Source of the DNA: Geosiphon pyriformis uo1
Lineage: Eukaryota; Fungi; Glomeromycota
NCBI GenBank assembly: GCA_016748015.1
Contig: JAAOMT010000648.1
Coordinates: forward strand, 1 to 64,000
DNA: 64,000 bases
Direction of reading: 5' to 3'
Part shown: piece by piece, positions 52,901 through 64,000 of the stretch
Numbering within the stretch: the first letter of the stretch is position 1
How the letters are laid out: every line of letters begins with the position of its first letter
Made by a program: the position numbers and the translations under genes
The notes under the pieces: model-generated
The model's input: only the letters and a program-made list of their open reading frames with translations
Told to the model about the DNA's origin: nothing
Database searches by the model: none

Positions 52901-55900
52901 TTCAATGCAAAATTTACAACATATACAATGAAAATTAACATCAAAATCATGTGAAAAAAACCTATATCATTGCACTTAATCAACAAAATCAGCCGGCAAT
53001 TTGAGAATAAATAATCAGCAATCAATTCAATTACAACAAAGAAATATGGCACAATCCAACAGTTTAACTAAGTTGGATACAAAGAAATCTTGGCAAACTA
53101 AAAAACACCAATGGAAATGAATGATTAATGCATGTAATCAGATAACAACAGGTTTTATTATGCTCTAAAATTCTCATATGCCCTTATTGGAACAATCTAA
53201 CATTCCAGATTTGCGATTAATGATTAAAAGTAGTTACCAAGAAATGTAATCAATTGATCTACTTCTGATTATGTTGATTATAATCACAATTGGTATCATT
53301 GATTTACAATCAATGTTCTAGATTCAGCCATCTAAATTTGATTATCTAAATTACTAGCTCTTAAATGAATAACAGGATGAGTAAGCTCATCATAAATTGA
53401 TTAATTAAATGTATATAAATAATTGATATATTTTAAATATTTCTAATATAGTATGTAGATTTGATGTAATTTAGCTATATATATAGCCCTTCTGTCAGCT
53501 CAGGAAAGTATTAGTTCAATATTGAACCAACTCTTTACTATAGTTTTATAGTGAGCAGTTAGTTTTTTTCTCTACTTCTTACACTTTTTCTCCCTTTTTT
53601 ATGCTCTAAATACTTGTCATCACAATCTCAAGTATGTCTTCCCATATTCCTTATCACTATTTGGAATTATGTTGTTTATAATCTTTTACTTACTTGTTAT
53701 CACTATTTCAAGTTGTTCTATTACTTCCAATCTTTTAAATTATGTGTTATCACTATTTCACATTAAGTCTTGTTTTACTGAACAAGTTGTTAAATATAAA
53801 AATAAGTAATAAAGTATTATATTATTAGAGAGTGGTCTCAACAATAAAAAGTTTAAGCAAAATCTATTTTAGTTATGTTTGACTTTCATAATTCCTTTTA
53901 TAATTCCTATAACTTCATTTTTAAAGCAGGCATTTGAACACTACATCTTTTCGATAACTAATTGAAAAAATTCTGGTTATAATTTTCTTAAGTAGTTTTG
54001 GTTTTTTCTTGTTGCTGGTTGCACTTCTGATACATATAAAAAGATGTGACTTCTTTTTTCCCTTTTTCTAATACCTAAGACTGATTCTTGCCTAAAAACA
54101 AATAATAATGACAATACTTTCTTTCACTTTTAATAACTTTATTATGTACCCCTTTTGCTTTCCCACCTATTGAAATAGTCTATACACTCATAATATGCTA
54201 TAGTTAGTAATATAATCATGGTAATGTGTGTTCTAAGTGAAAGTTATTGTCATTGCTAAGAAATTACAAATCTGTAGCTTTCACCTGGTAACAATGCTCT
54301 TAAAATTGCTTTAAGTAGAAGCTTTAGTCAATGAATATCTACTGAAAGTATTAACCAGACCCAAATTCAAACAGAACTTAAAGCTTGCACTCCTCTTAGA
54401 TTTATTTTTATTAAAGTTACTACTAACAACTGTGAAAGAGCTAGAATTAACTGCTTTAAAGATTATGGAGTTAATATCAGAAGCTTGGCTAAAACATATA
54501 CTAATAAATACACTAGCATATAGATCCAAAATCATAACCAAAAGCTTGTTTTTAAACAAAAAATGCACAGAAATCAACTAACACAGAATCTTATCCACTT
54601 TTAAAACATACTGAGCCAAAGAATTGTTCATAATTATGGCAATCTCAGCACCAAAAAAACCTACATCCAAACCAGAAATGAAAACCTGAATTCTATCAAA
54701 CTTATTCATAATTCACAACCTAATATTAGATCTTAATTTTGTTTCTATAACAATTAAAACCATATTTCCTGATTTTCTATGCCAATGAACAACATCTTTC
54801 TGCTTGGCAAAAACATTGATACTTTGAACATTGCATGTAGTGACTTTTTAGACCAATTCACTTATTGATGGAAAAAAAATACCAGAAAACCCAGGCCAAT
54901 ACACAACAGATTTAATTTCACCAGAATTGAACCAACAGGGGCTTTAAGAGCCACCAATTTCGACTCCAAGCACTCCATTTTAGTAGTCAAAACTTTCAAA
55001 CTACTTGAACCCAAAACTAGAACACTAGATAAAACAGAAGAAGGAAACAAAAACGGTAACTTGGAACCATCTAAAATCATATTTGCACTTAAATTTACAT
55101 TGGTAGCCAATAAAATAGCCAAGACATAAGAAGAGAAAAGAGAAGCTAGAAGCACTAACTCCATATTATTGAGTTTGCACATTAACCCAGAAATCTAATT
55201 CATTAAAAACTTCAGAAAATATTCCAAAAAAGCTAACTGAGTATTTAATAATGGGACATCAGTTGAGATGGAAAAAAAACTATTACTCAAATCTAAAGCA
55301 TTAGATAAAGGAAAACCAGAACCAAAACTAAAATAAGAACCACCAAAAAAAGAAGCAAGTAAGACTATTTATGTCTAAGACTTGCCACTAAAAGCAGTAG
55401 AATAAGAAATAGAAACACTTTTTTTTGCATACAACTTTGTTAACTGAAGATAACATTCTTCTGAAACAACTCTTTTAATGGTTTTTAAAGGCTTAGAAAT
55501 GAACATAATCAGTATATTATATTTCAAAGCAGAATGACCAAAATGTTTATACTTCTTACAACAAACCAAATCTAATCTAGCCCAAGACAGTTTTACTTTA
55601 CCAAAGACAAACTTTGTACAAAAAACTGAATCCAATTTTTTATCAAATTCAAAGCTAACCACAGCACAGCAAATCCTATTGTCTGTATCCAATAAACAAT
55701 TTATGATGCAAGTTTTCTTACTAGTCCTTTTTAAAAGAGTTCCAAGATTATGTACAGTTATTCTTACTAACAAAGTAAATAAAAGCACCCTAAACCAATT
55801 TTTTAATGCCCAAATATTACAATCTCTTATGGTTTTGACTACATGCACAAAATTTTTCCTGATAAAAAATGACTATCTTATGGCCAATAGATTAGCTTGA

Positions 55901-56862
55901 CTTGATTCGGCAAATTTCACCATAGTCTTTTATTATATTCCAATTAACTGAATTTTGATTGACACAATTTAACCAAACTCAACAACTGCAGTGATGATTA
56001 TTTTTTTAGACATATTCATAAGAATTTTCTTGATTATTACAGCCCAATCTGAATGCATTCTTTGTCTTTTGAAATCAGTATTTATGATAATCTCTTTTTT
56101 TTTAACCAATAATATGGCTTTCTCCATGCTTTTTTTTAAAGTGAAGATAGATCTGATAATCTTTTCAAATTTTAAGGAGATAGTAGCTCTTCTTAAAACC
56201 ATTGACTAATAAGAACAATTTTTTAACAACTTGAATTTTTGCTATAACAGATTTTTTTTCTATAGCACTAAGATTAATATTAAAAGCAAAAAATTTTTTA
56301 ATAGACACTTCAACTTGAATTTTGATAATTTTTGAGTCAATTCACTTTCTGTCAAAAAATATCTTAAAAGGAAGAGAGAGAATTCTATTATCTTTATTTA
56401 TGTTATAATCGATTGAGCTGAAAAAAGAGTTACAAACCAGATTAGTATTAATTTTTTTAGCTTTAGGGATGTTTGTTGCTAAACTGAGAAGAGAATTATT
56501 GTCAATACCAAATATAATATCATCATTTTCACTATTGCCAAATACACTGTCTATATCTGAATATATATTACCACCAGGACTAGATTTGGTTAAGAAAATA
56601 TCTCTTTTGTCTTCTAAATACTTAACATTACCAACTAAAACTTTTTTCTTTTAAAAAAAAGAACTCCCAATAGGACTATGAAGAACCTTCTTAAACGTCT
56701 TTTTTTTAGACATAGCATTGCCTAAAGCAGCAGCCAGATTCATCACAAAAGAATTATTTGATTAAGAAATATTTGTAAAAAATAGCAAAAAAAAAATAAT
56801 AACTTTTTTTTTCAAAAAATTTGCTCTTTTAAAAAATTTGGAAATAAGAAAGAAAGAAGTTT
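49992..56862 (-). mobile_element. LINE-c: 5' UTR, ORF1 (56713-54862), EN, RT, ending at the start of RNase H; split by solo LTR D
   Basis: 5' end aaCTTCTTTCT, MSKKK start, VTTCNV, VLDFVFVS, VFVDNTIW, IYTNK. Confidence 0.85.
52877..54293. mobile_element. Solo LTR D (1417 bp) of another Gypsy family
   Basis: Perfect TGTTACCAG..CTGGTAACA ends, ATGC TSD, no ORF; LINE-c EN frame rejoins across it. Confidence 0.82.
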
Positions 56863-56869
56863 TTTACTT

Positions 56870-58950
56870 TTATAAACTATTATTATAATTTAAAATTTAT
56901 TAAAAATCATAAATAATATAAATTATTCAATCATAATATAGTATAATAAAAATTTTAAAAAAGTAATAATTTATATTACAAAAATTATTAAATAATATTA
57001 ATAACAAATATTATCTTGTAATAATAATAGTTAATATTATTAATAATAAAATATTATAATATATTATCTTATATAATTACAAATATATATATATAATAAT
57101 TTTAATATTGAAAAAAAAAATTTTAACTTTTATTTATATATTTTATTTTAATATTATCTAAATAAAATATTTAATATTTAAATAAATTTTTAATTAATTA
57201 AAAAATAAATTTTTAGCATTAAAAATCAAATTATTGTTACAAATTTATTATAAAATTTATTTGTACTTATTTTTAAATAAAATTATTATTTATTAGTTGA
57301 ATTATTTAGAAAAATAATTTTTGAATAAAATTACTTATGTTATTATTAATTAAAAAAAAATATTAAAAAACATTAATATTAAAAAAAAACATTTTTATAA
57401 TAATACTATTAAACAATTTTTACAATTGTAAATGTTTCACTAATAAAAATACTATTAATTATTTTAAATAATAAAAAAATTGTTATCTTTTTACTCTTTA
57501 TTTTAGTTGTAATTATAAAAATACAGAAAAAAAGAAATTTATTTTTAATTTTTATTATTAATTTAATAAATTATTTATAATTTTTATTAATTTATATAAT
57601 CTAATATAATTAAATACTATAAATTATATATTAAATTAAAATATATAATATTAAATATTCTAACAAAATAAAATAATTTAAAAGTTTTAATACTTAAAAT
57701 TAATATTATTCATTAAAATATTTTTGCTTAAATTATAATTAATAAAAACCAAAAAAAATTATTTATTATAATATAAATTAATAATTTTAAAATTGGTTTT
57801 AATATATAAAATTTTAAAAATAGTTTAAACAAAATTTTTTTGAGTTTTAAATTAAAATAATAATATTATAATTAAAAATATTAATTTTTTACATAAATTA
57901 TAACTTTTAAAAATTTTAAATTAGTTGCAATTTTTTAAAATTTAATATATTTTATTATTAAATACTATTTAAAAAAACAAAATATTTTTGTTAATATATA
58001 ACAACAAATTTAGAAAAATTTTCAAAATAAAAACAACAAGTTTTAAAATTTGTAAAAAACAAAACAACAAAAAACATTTAGACAAAAACTGGTTATTTTT
58101 ATTAAATTTAAATTAATAACAACTATTTTTAAACATATATATATATTATAATTTGTAATAATAATTAGATTATATTTAATAAAATATGCTAATGTTTTTT
58201 TAAATGCTTTAAATTATTAACCAATTAATACAATTAAAAATATTTTAAAATTTAAATTAATTAATTATAAAATAAAACAATATATTTTTTATAAATTAAT
58301 TACAAATAATTAATAACAAAAAATTTAAGTAATCGTTTTGATTTTATCAATTTTTTATTTTGGTTTTATGAAAATAACAAAATATATATGACATTTTAAA
58401 GTAAATATTGTGTTTTTTATAATATCAAATTAAAAACATTAAAATTTTATTTATGTATTTGTATAAAATTATAACAAGTTAATTAAAATAAAATTCTTAT
58501 TTTTGAAAAACCTGTTTTAAATAATATATTAAAATGCATGAAAAAAGATTTTATAGTTTGTAATAATTGATAATATTGTATTTTTTTGTAATTTTTTAGT
58601 TGTTAATTTTAATGTTAGATTCTCAATTACAGTTTGAATTTTATAACATAATAACCAAATGCATGCCATAAATAACAGATAATATAAAATATTATCTAAC
58701 CAACAATTAAAGCATCCAAAACAAGTTTTTGTTAAATAAATATTTTAATATACATATTGATTAAATATATAAAAAAAATTTTTTACATTTTAAATTAAAT
58801 TAAATTAAATTATGAAACGCATTGTTTTTTGTTAGTTTTTACTAAAAAAAATCATTAGATATTAATTTGGAAAACAATTTAACTCATTCTTTAAATGATA
58901 ATTTTTCAGCACGAATTAAATATAAATGTTTGGGAATTTGAAAAATTTTA
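56870..58950. other. Extremely AT-rich non-coding tract
   Basis: Very few G or C, no ORFs. Confidence 0.8.
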
Positions 58951-59118
58951 TGATGAAATATTTGTAATGAACTCATGTTTATCTCAAAATGGATGATTAA
59001 CCAACTTAGTATTAATCACCCAAATTGGTGCGAAATATTACATAATCTCGAAGTTATCCCGCAAGTCCAAACATAGTTAGATGCTTAAAAAATTTTCGTC
59101 TCGAAAATGATGCCTTAA

Positions 59119-60310
59119 TCAGTCTTTCAGCTTTTTTATTTTTCGCAACTGCTGACGCCCTCTCTTATGATCTTCGACAGTGCGGCCTACTCGGCTTTGA
59201 GGCCCAAATTGTTTCTGTGTAACAAAATTGTAATGTACCATAAACCATGAAGTATGGAAAGCAAGATTGTCATAGAATTCAGATGCAATCTTCCGGACCG
59301 CTGGCAATTTTGACCAGGGGATCTATAAATAAGTAGAGGTATAGAATTTAAAATTTTATCTCGAATAGCGCTTCGATCTCATCTATTGAAAATTTCGATT
59401 TTTCTACCTTTGTAAAATCATGATGCTCATTATGGTAACCAATATTCATAAAAAAGTAGTTCAAAATTCCATAATATGAATATGTCTCTTGTCCATCATC
59501 AAATGTATAATGTTCTTGAATAAAATGTGCGGCCGCAGGATGTACACCATATCCAAGCCATAGCGATAAGAATAAATAAATAAGACCTCTAAGTCCGCAA
59601 TACTTGTATATCAAGAAATCTGTAGTAATTGTAAAGATCCAATTCACATACTCCCAAAATTGTGGCGGTTTTTGCATTACTAGACCGCGAATAACATACA
59701 TTGCTGGATATATGTTTAACCAGATAAATTTCAAGAGCGCGTTGCCGCGAATAAGTTTTCTCTCCCAATCTAGTGGCAAGTCGGGATCCATACCTACCAC
59801 ACCTTGATAAGTATGATGTTCGAGATGGTAACGTCGGAATGACATTGCAATTGGGAATGGTAAACCAATGTTGGCAATGAGACCGATTATTCGATTCTGA
59901 AATCTTGTAGGTGCGGCGAGACAATGAGTCGTCTCGTGTATTATTACCCCATACAATTGTGTAAGTGACGCGCCGACAACATAAGAATATAACAGCATAG
60001 TCCAATTCCAATCGAGCAGAATCTGGCCAAATACATATGCAGCCACCACCTGAGCTGTGGCAGCAATTAAAGTAATAGGAATGGTAGTAATGTCATAACC
60101 ATAAAACTTCTCAATCTCGGGGTATTTTTTCAGAATGGTAATCTTCCGCTTCATGTGCGGTTCGTCCAGATCATCGGTTGCAATATCCTCGTCAACATAT
60201 GGTATAGATTTTTTCCAATCACCAAGATAAAGGGGGTGTCGATAATCAGGATTGTCGTTTTCTTTGTCCGGTAAAGGGATATCCCTCGCGATATCTGTGA
60301 ATGGTGGCAT
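59119..60310 (-). CDS. DES1: Sphingolipid (dihydroceramide) delta-4 desaturase family protein (exons 60310-59408, 59322-59119)
   Basis: DEPH..R..IL.KYPEI N-motif, His boxes HETTH, YHLEHH, GYHNEHHDF, HPAAAHFIQEH, ETYSYYG; 85-bp GT-AG intron then IPWSKLP. Confidence 0.9.
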
Positions 60311-60549
60311 GAGTATCTGAAGGTATTCCTTTTTCAAGACTTCTAAAAACTAAAACTATCTTAAAGCTTTAAATTTTCAAGGAAAAGTGAAGGACGAGGG
60401 ATGGTGTGAAAACCGAGAACTATTCGCTTCGAGTTTGGATTGTCTTATGATGGTACCAAGAAAATTTCAGCCACTGAATGTTTAAATTGGGGTTAGTTCC
60501 ACCAGTTTAGGTTTTCTCGATTCAAAATTACGGTTTTTTCCTAAGGAAA

Positions 60550-62400
60550 TTTATTTTTTAATTTTAATATTTAAAAACAATTTCTGTTTTAATTTATTCA
60601 ATAAAAAATATTCTAGGGTATAAATTCAAGATTTTTGATTTTTCTTATCTTACAATATTTATTTTTATTATATCTTTATTTATAATCATATTATTTGTTA
60701 CTAGTTGCAATTTTTAATTATTCTTTTATTTATTTTTAATCTTCTTATTATTATTTTTAAGTCACATTATTATTTTTTAGTTAAATTATCATTACTTCAA
60801 ATTAAATTATTACTATCTCAATTATATTTAATAAAATGTGGTTTAACTACTACCTTAAAACATACAATAAAGAATTATTATATAAAAGATGTAACTTATA
60901 CATTAGCTACATATAACCAGCCACCCAAGTCAATTAAAACTACACTATTATACTTTTATTTAGCATTAAAAATTCAATAATATTAACAAAACAAGACTAA
61001 AATCTAAAACAAAACAACAATAATTTTAGTAATTAAATATTAATAAATAATTAAAAACAAAATCAATCTAATAAGCATTATATGTATTTAACATAGTTAA
61101 AAAACCAGTTATATTACAAACCACAAAATTTTTACTAATTAAGTTCTGTTTTTTATATTTAATTTTGAACTTAATATTAAAACCCTATATTTTTTTTTAT
61201 AATTAACAAGTAAATTCTAAACAAAAACAATAATATTAAATAAAGTCAATTCAAAAATTTTAAAAACTTTTTGTATTATTTTTTAAACACCAATTTTTTA
61301 ATAAAAGTTATATATATTATTTTGTTTTTTTGGTTAATAATAGATTTATAAAATTAAAAAATTAAAAACTAACAATTTTATACACAATTCTTATTTTTTA
61401 ACAAATTTATTAATAATAATTTTTTTTAACTATATTAATATACAAATAAAGAAATAATTTAACAACTTTTTTTTATATTAAATATAAAATTTATCATAAT
61501 ACTTTTTATTATTACTAATAGTTTTTTATAAAAAGTTTTAATAAAATATAAATACAAACCAACAAACTTATAACTTATAAAATTAAAACTAATATATTTA
61601 TTAAAATATTACAGTTATATTAAAAAACAATTAATTTTATTTATTATATTATAATTTACAAACTTAAATACATAAGTCAACTTTTATAAAACATTATTAA
61701 CAATAAAAATTTAATAAATTAAACTAAATTAAACTTAAATCAAACCAAATTTTCAAAGTAAATTCAGTTTGACTTCAAAATTAAATCTTTTTGACAAGTT
61801 TAAATTCAAATCTGATTTAAAGTTTATAAACTTGTTTAATAAAATTAAAAAAATTAAATATTTTTTATTATTTATATATTAATTATTACTTTGTTTAATT
61901 ATTATAATCAGTTAAAAAAGTATATAAAACTATATATATAACAAGTTTACTTTTTAATTTATCAAAATAAACTTATTGTCTATATTATTAATAATTTAAA
62001 TAGTCTAAATATTAATATTTTTAATAAATATAATTTCTAAAATAATATATAAGACTATTTTAATAAGTTTAAATAAACAAAAAAAACAGTTAAATATATA
62101 ATTTTAAAATATGTATATAAACTATTTTTTATAAAATTACAAATATTATTAAATCTTTATAGTATTATTTAAAAGTTTTTTATTAAACAATATATATACA
62201 ATAAAAAAATATTATTATTAATTAAAATAATAAACTAATAAATAATAAAATAAAATAAAATTATATAATAATAAAATTAATAAAAAAAAAATTTAACTTT
62301 AATAAGCAAATTGAATTAATAAAAATTTAATATTTAAGATTAGTTTTATAAATATTTTAATTATTATTTTTTTCAAAAAGTAACAAAAAAATATGGAAAA
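60550..62400. other. Extremely AT-rich non-coding tract
   Basis: Very low G+C, no credible ORF. Confidence 0.75.
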
Positions 62401-62404
62401 AAAA

Positions 62405-64000
62405 AACTTTTTTCTCTTTTACCTCCAAAATTCTTCAAAAAGCACGTTTTCTGTTAAAGAAGTTTTCTAATTTTTTCTTACTAGTTTTTTCAACATTTCT
62501 TTAAGTGATAATCCTTTCATTATAAATTTAAAGACTGCTTTGGCTAATAACCCTTTTGTGGTGGACCTGAAAGCTGCTTCAAATAGCAGTATGTCAATGA
62601 AAAAGGCTCTTAAAGATGCTCTTTATGATCCTGTAGGTGGTACTTTTTCTCAGAAGAAAAAGGTCTCTGTTGGCAATATAAAACACTCTGGTGATGAAAG
62701 GGAAATTTTTCTCACCAAACCTAGTGTCAATAATGGCATGTACTCGGATATAGACAGTAAGTTAGGTGATGATGAGCTCAATAGTGCTGCAATAAGTTCT
62801 GGTGGTGGCTCTTTTCTCAATTCAGCTGCGACAACTCCTAAAGCTAAAAGAATCAGTAATAATTTAGTCAGTAGCTTCCCTATTGGTACTATTAGCTTTG
62901 AAATGGATGAGAATATGGTTCATCTCCTCCTTCTTCTTAATATCTCTTTTGACAAGAGGTGGATTGATTCCAAAGTGGTGAAGACTCAGGTTGAGATGCC
63001 CATTAAAAAATCTTTTGCTTTGGATATCAATCTCTCAGCTGTGGAAAGTAAATCAGTGATGGCAAAAACTCAGTTTATTCGAAAATTTTTTTCAAATATC
63101 AATGGTTTTGGGGGGCCACCACCCTCTCAAAATTTGAAGGGATTATTCAATCTACTTTTACTTCTGAAGAAAGCATGAATAAGGCTGCTTCATTGACCAG
63201 AGAGAATAAGATTGTCATGAACACCAATTTCAAGAAATCAGGAGTATGCTTAGATTGGGCCATAGTAATCAAGAAAATTCTCATAAATACCCCAAAAAAA
63301 ATGATTGTTGCCGCAGTCACTAAATTTGGTAAAATTAAGTCAATCAGAATTCAATTGATTGGCATGTAGCAGAAGACTGTAGTAGAGTTTGCCAAATCAA
63401 GTCAAGTCGATCAGTTGGCCTCAAAGTGGTTATTCCTAATCAGAAAAGATTTGGTGCGTGTGGCCAAAGCTGTGGATGATCATGATATCTGGGCTTTTAA
63501 AGATCAGTTCAGAGTGCTTTTGTTTACTTTGCCAGTGGGAACAACTGCATATAATCTTGGTACTCTTTTGGATAGAACTGGTGGGAAAACTTGCATCATT
63601 AATCAATTATTGGTAACTGGCAATAGGGTTTATTGTGCTGTAGTAGGCTTTGAATCTGAAGTGGAGTTGGACTCTGCCTTTTGTACTGAGCCTATTTTTG
63701 GTGGTGTGTAACTATCATGGACTAGGTTGGATTTAATTTGGTATGGGAAATATGGGAGATTTGGTCATTCAGTCTTGGAATGTGATGCTTCTGATGTTTC
63801 TGTTCCTGTGCCTTCTGTTTCTTTTAAAAAAAATGCTCTTGGTATAGATCATCTTTAATTAGCCAAGTTGTATGTGAAGAAAAATGTTCCTATCTCTTGC
63901 CCTGCTGCTTTTGGTAGCAAATTGTAGGCTCAAGTAGTTTTTCTTGATTTCTCTTCTGGTAGCTCTTCTTCTAATTCTGGTCATGGTTTTGGCATCTCTT
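62405..64000 (+). mobile_element. LINE-d: 5' UTR and decayed ORF1 (from 62591), continues off the window
   Basis: Shared 5' end; KKSFALDINL, LLFTLPVGTT, GKTCII and knuckle relic FGHSVLEC collinear with LINE-a/c ORF1. Confidence 0.88.

Noticed and set aside
60705-60980. Hydrophobic 91-aa ORF
   Set aside because: Compositional artefact of T-rich DNA
61550-61960. Possible relic inverted-repeat element in the AT-rich tract
   Set aside because: Matches too short and low-complexity to define ends

Overview
AT-rich eukaryotic (fungal) DNA; intron style, gene content and repeat families suggest Mucoromycota/Glomeromycotina, possibly Geosiphon-like (inference). Four intron-containing host genes, all on the minus strand, flank a ~52 kb nested transposon island (4542-56862): a RING-CH E3 ligase, L-lactate dehydrogenase, a conserved hypothetical protein and a sphingolipid delta-4 desaturase. 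The island holds three decayed RNase H-bearing LINEs, a pogo/Tigger DNA transposon with a second gene relic, three Ty3/Gypsy elements (A 17971-27826, B 29421-49991, C 39128-49114 nested in B) and two solo LTRs; a fourth LINE starts at ~62405. The main finding is the shared Gypsy architecture. ORF1 encodes an extended Gag (apparently GUG-initiated), protease, a Cys-rich domain, dUTPase, RT and RNase H, and ends at the same aligned stop in all three copies. Integrase follows as a separate ORF in a different relative frame in each copy. An env-position ORF3 runs through the PPT into the 3' LTR. The repeats also show near-pure C:G>T:A decay, much of it outside CpG (RIP-like), while host genes keep their CpGs.
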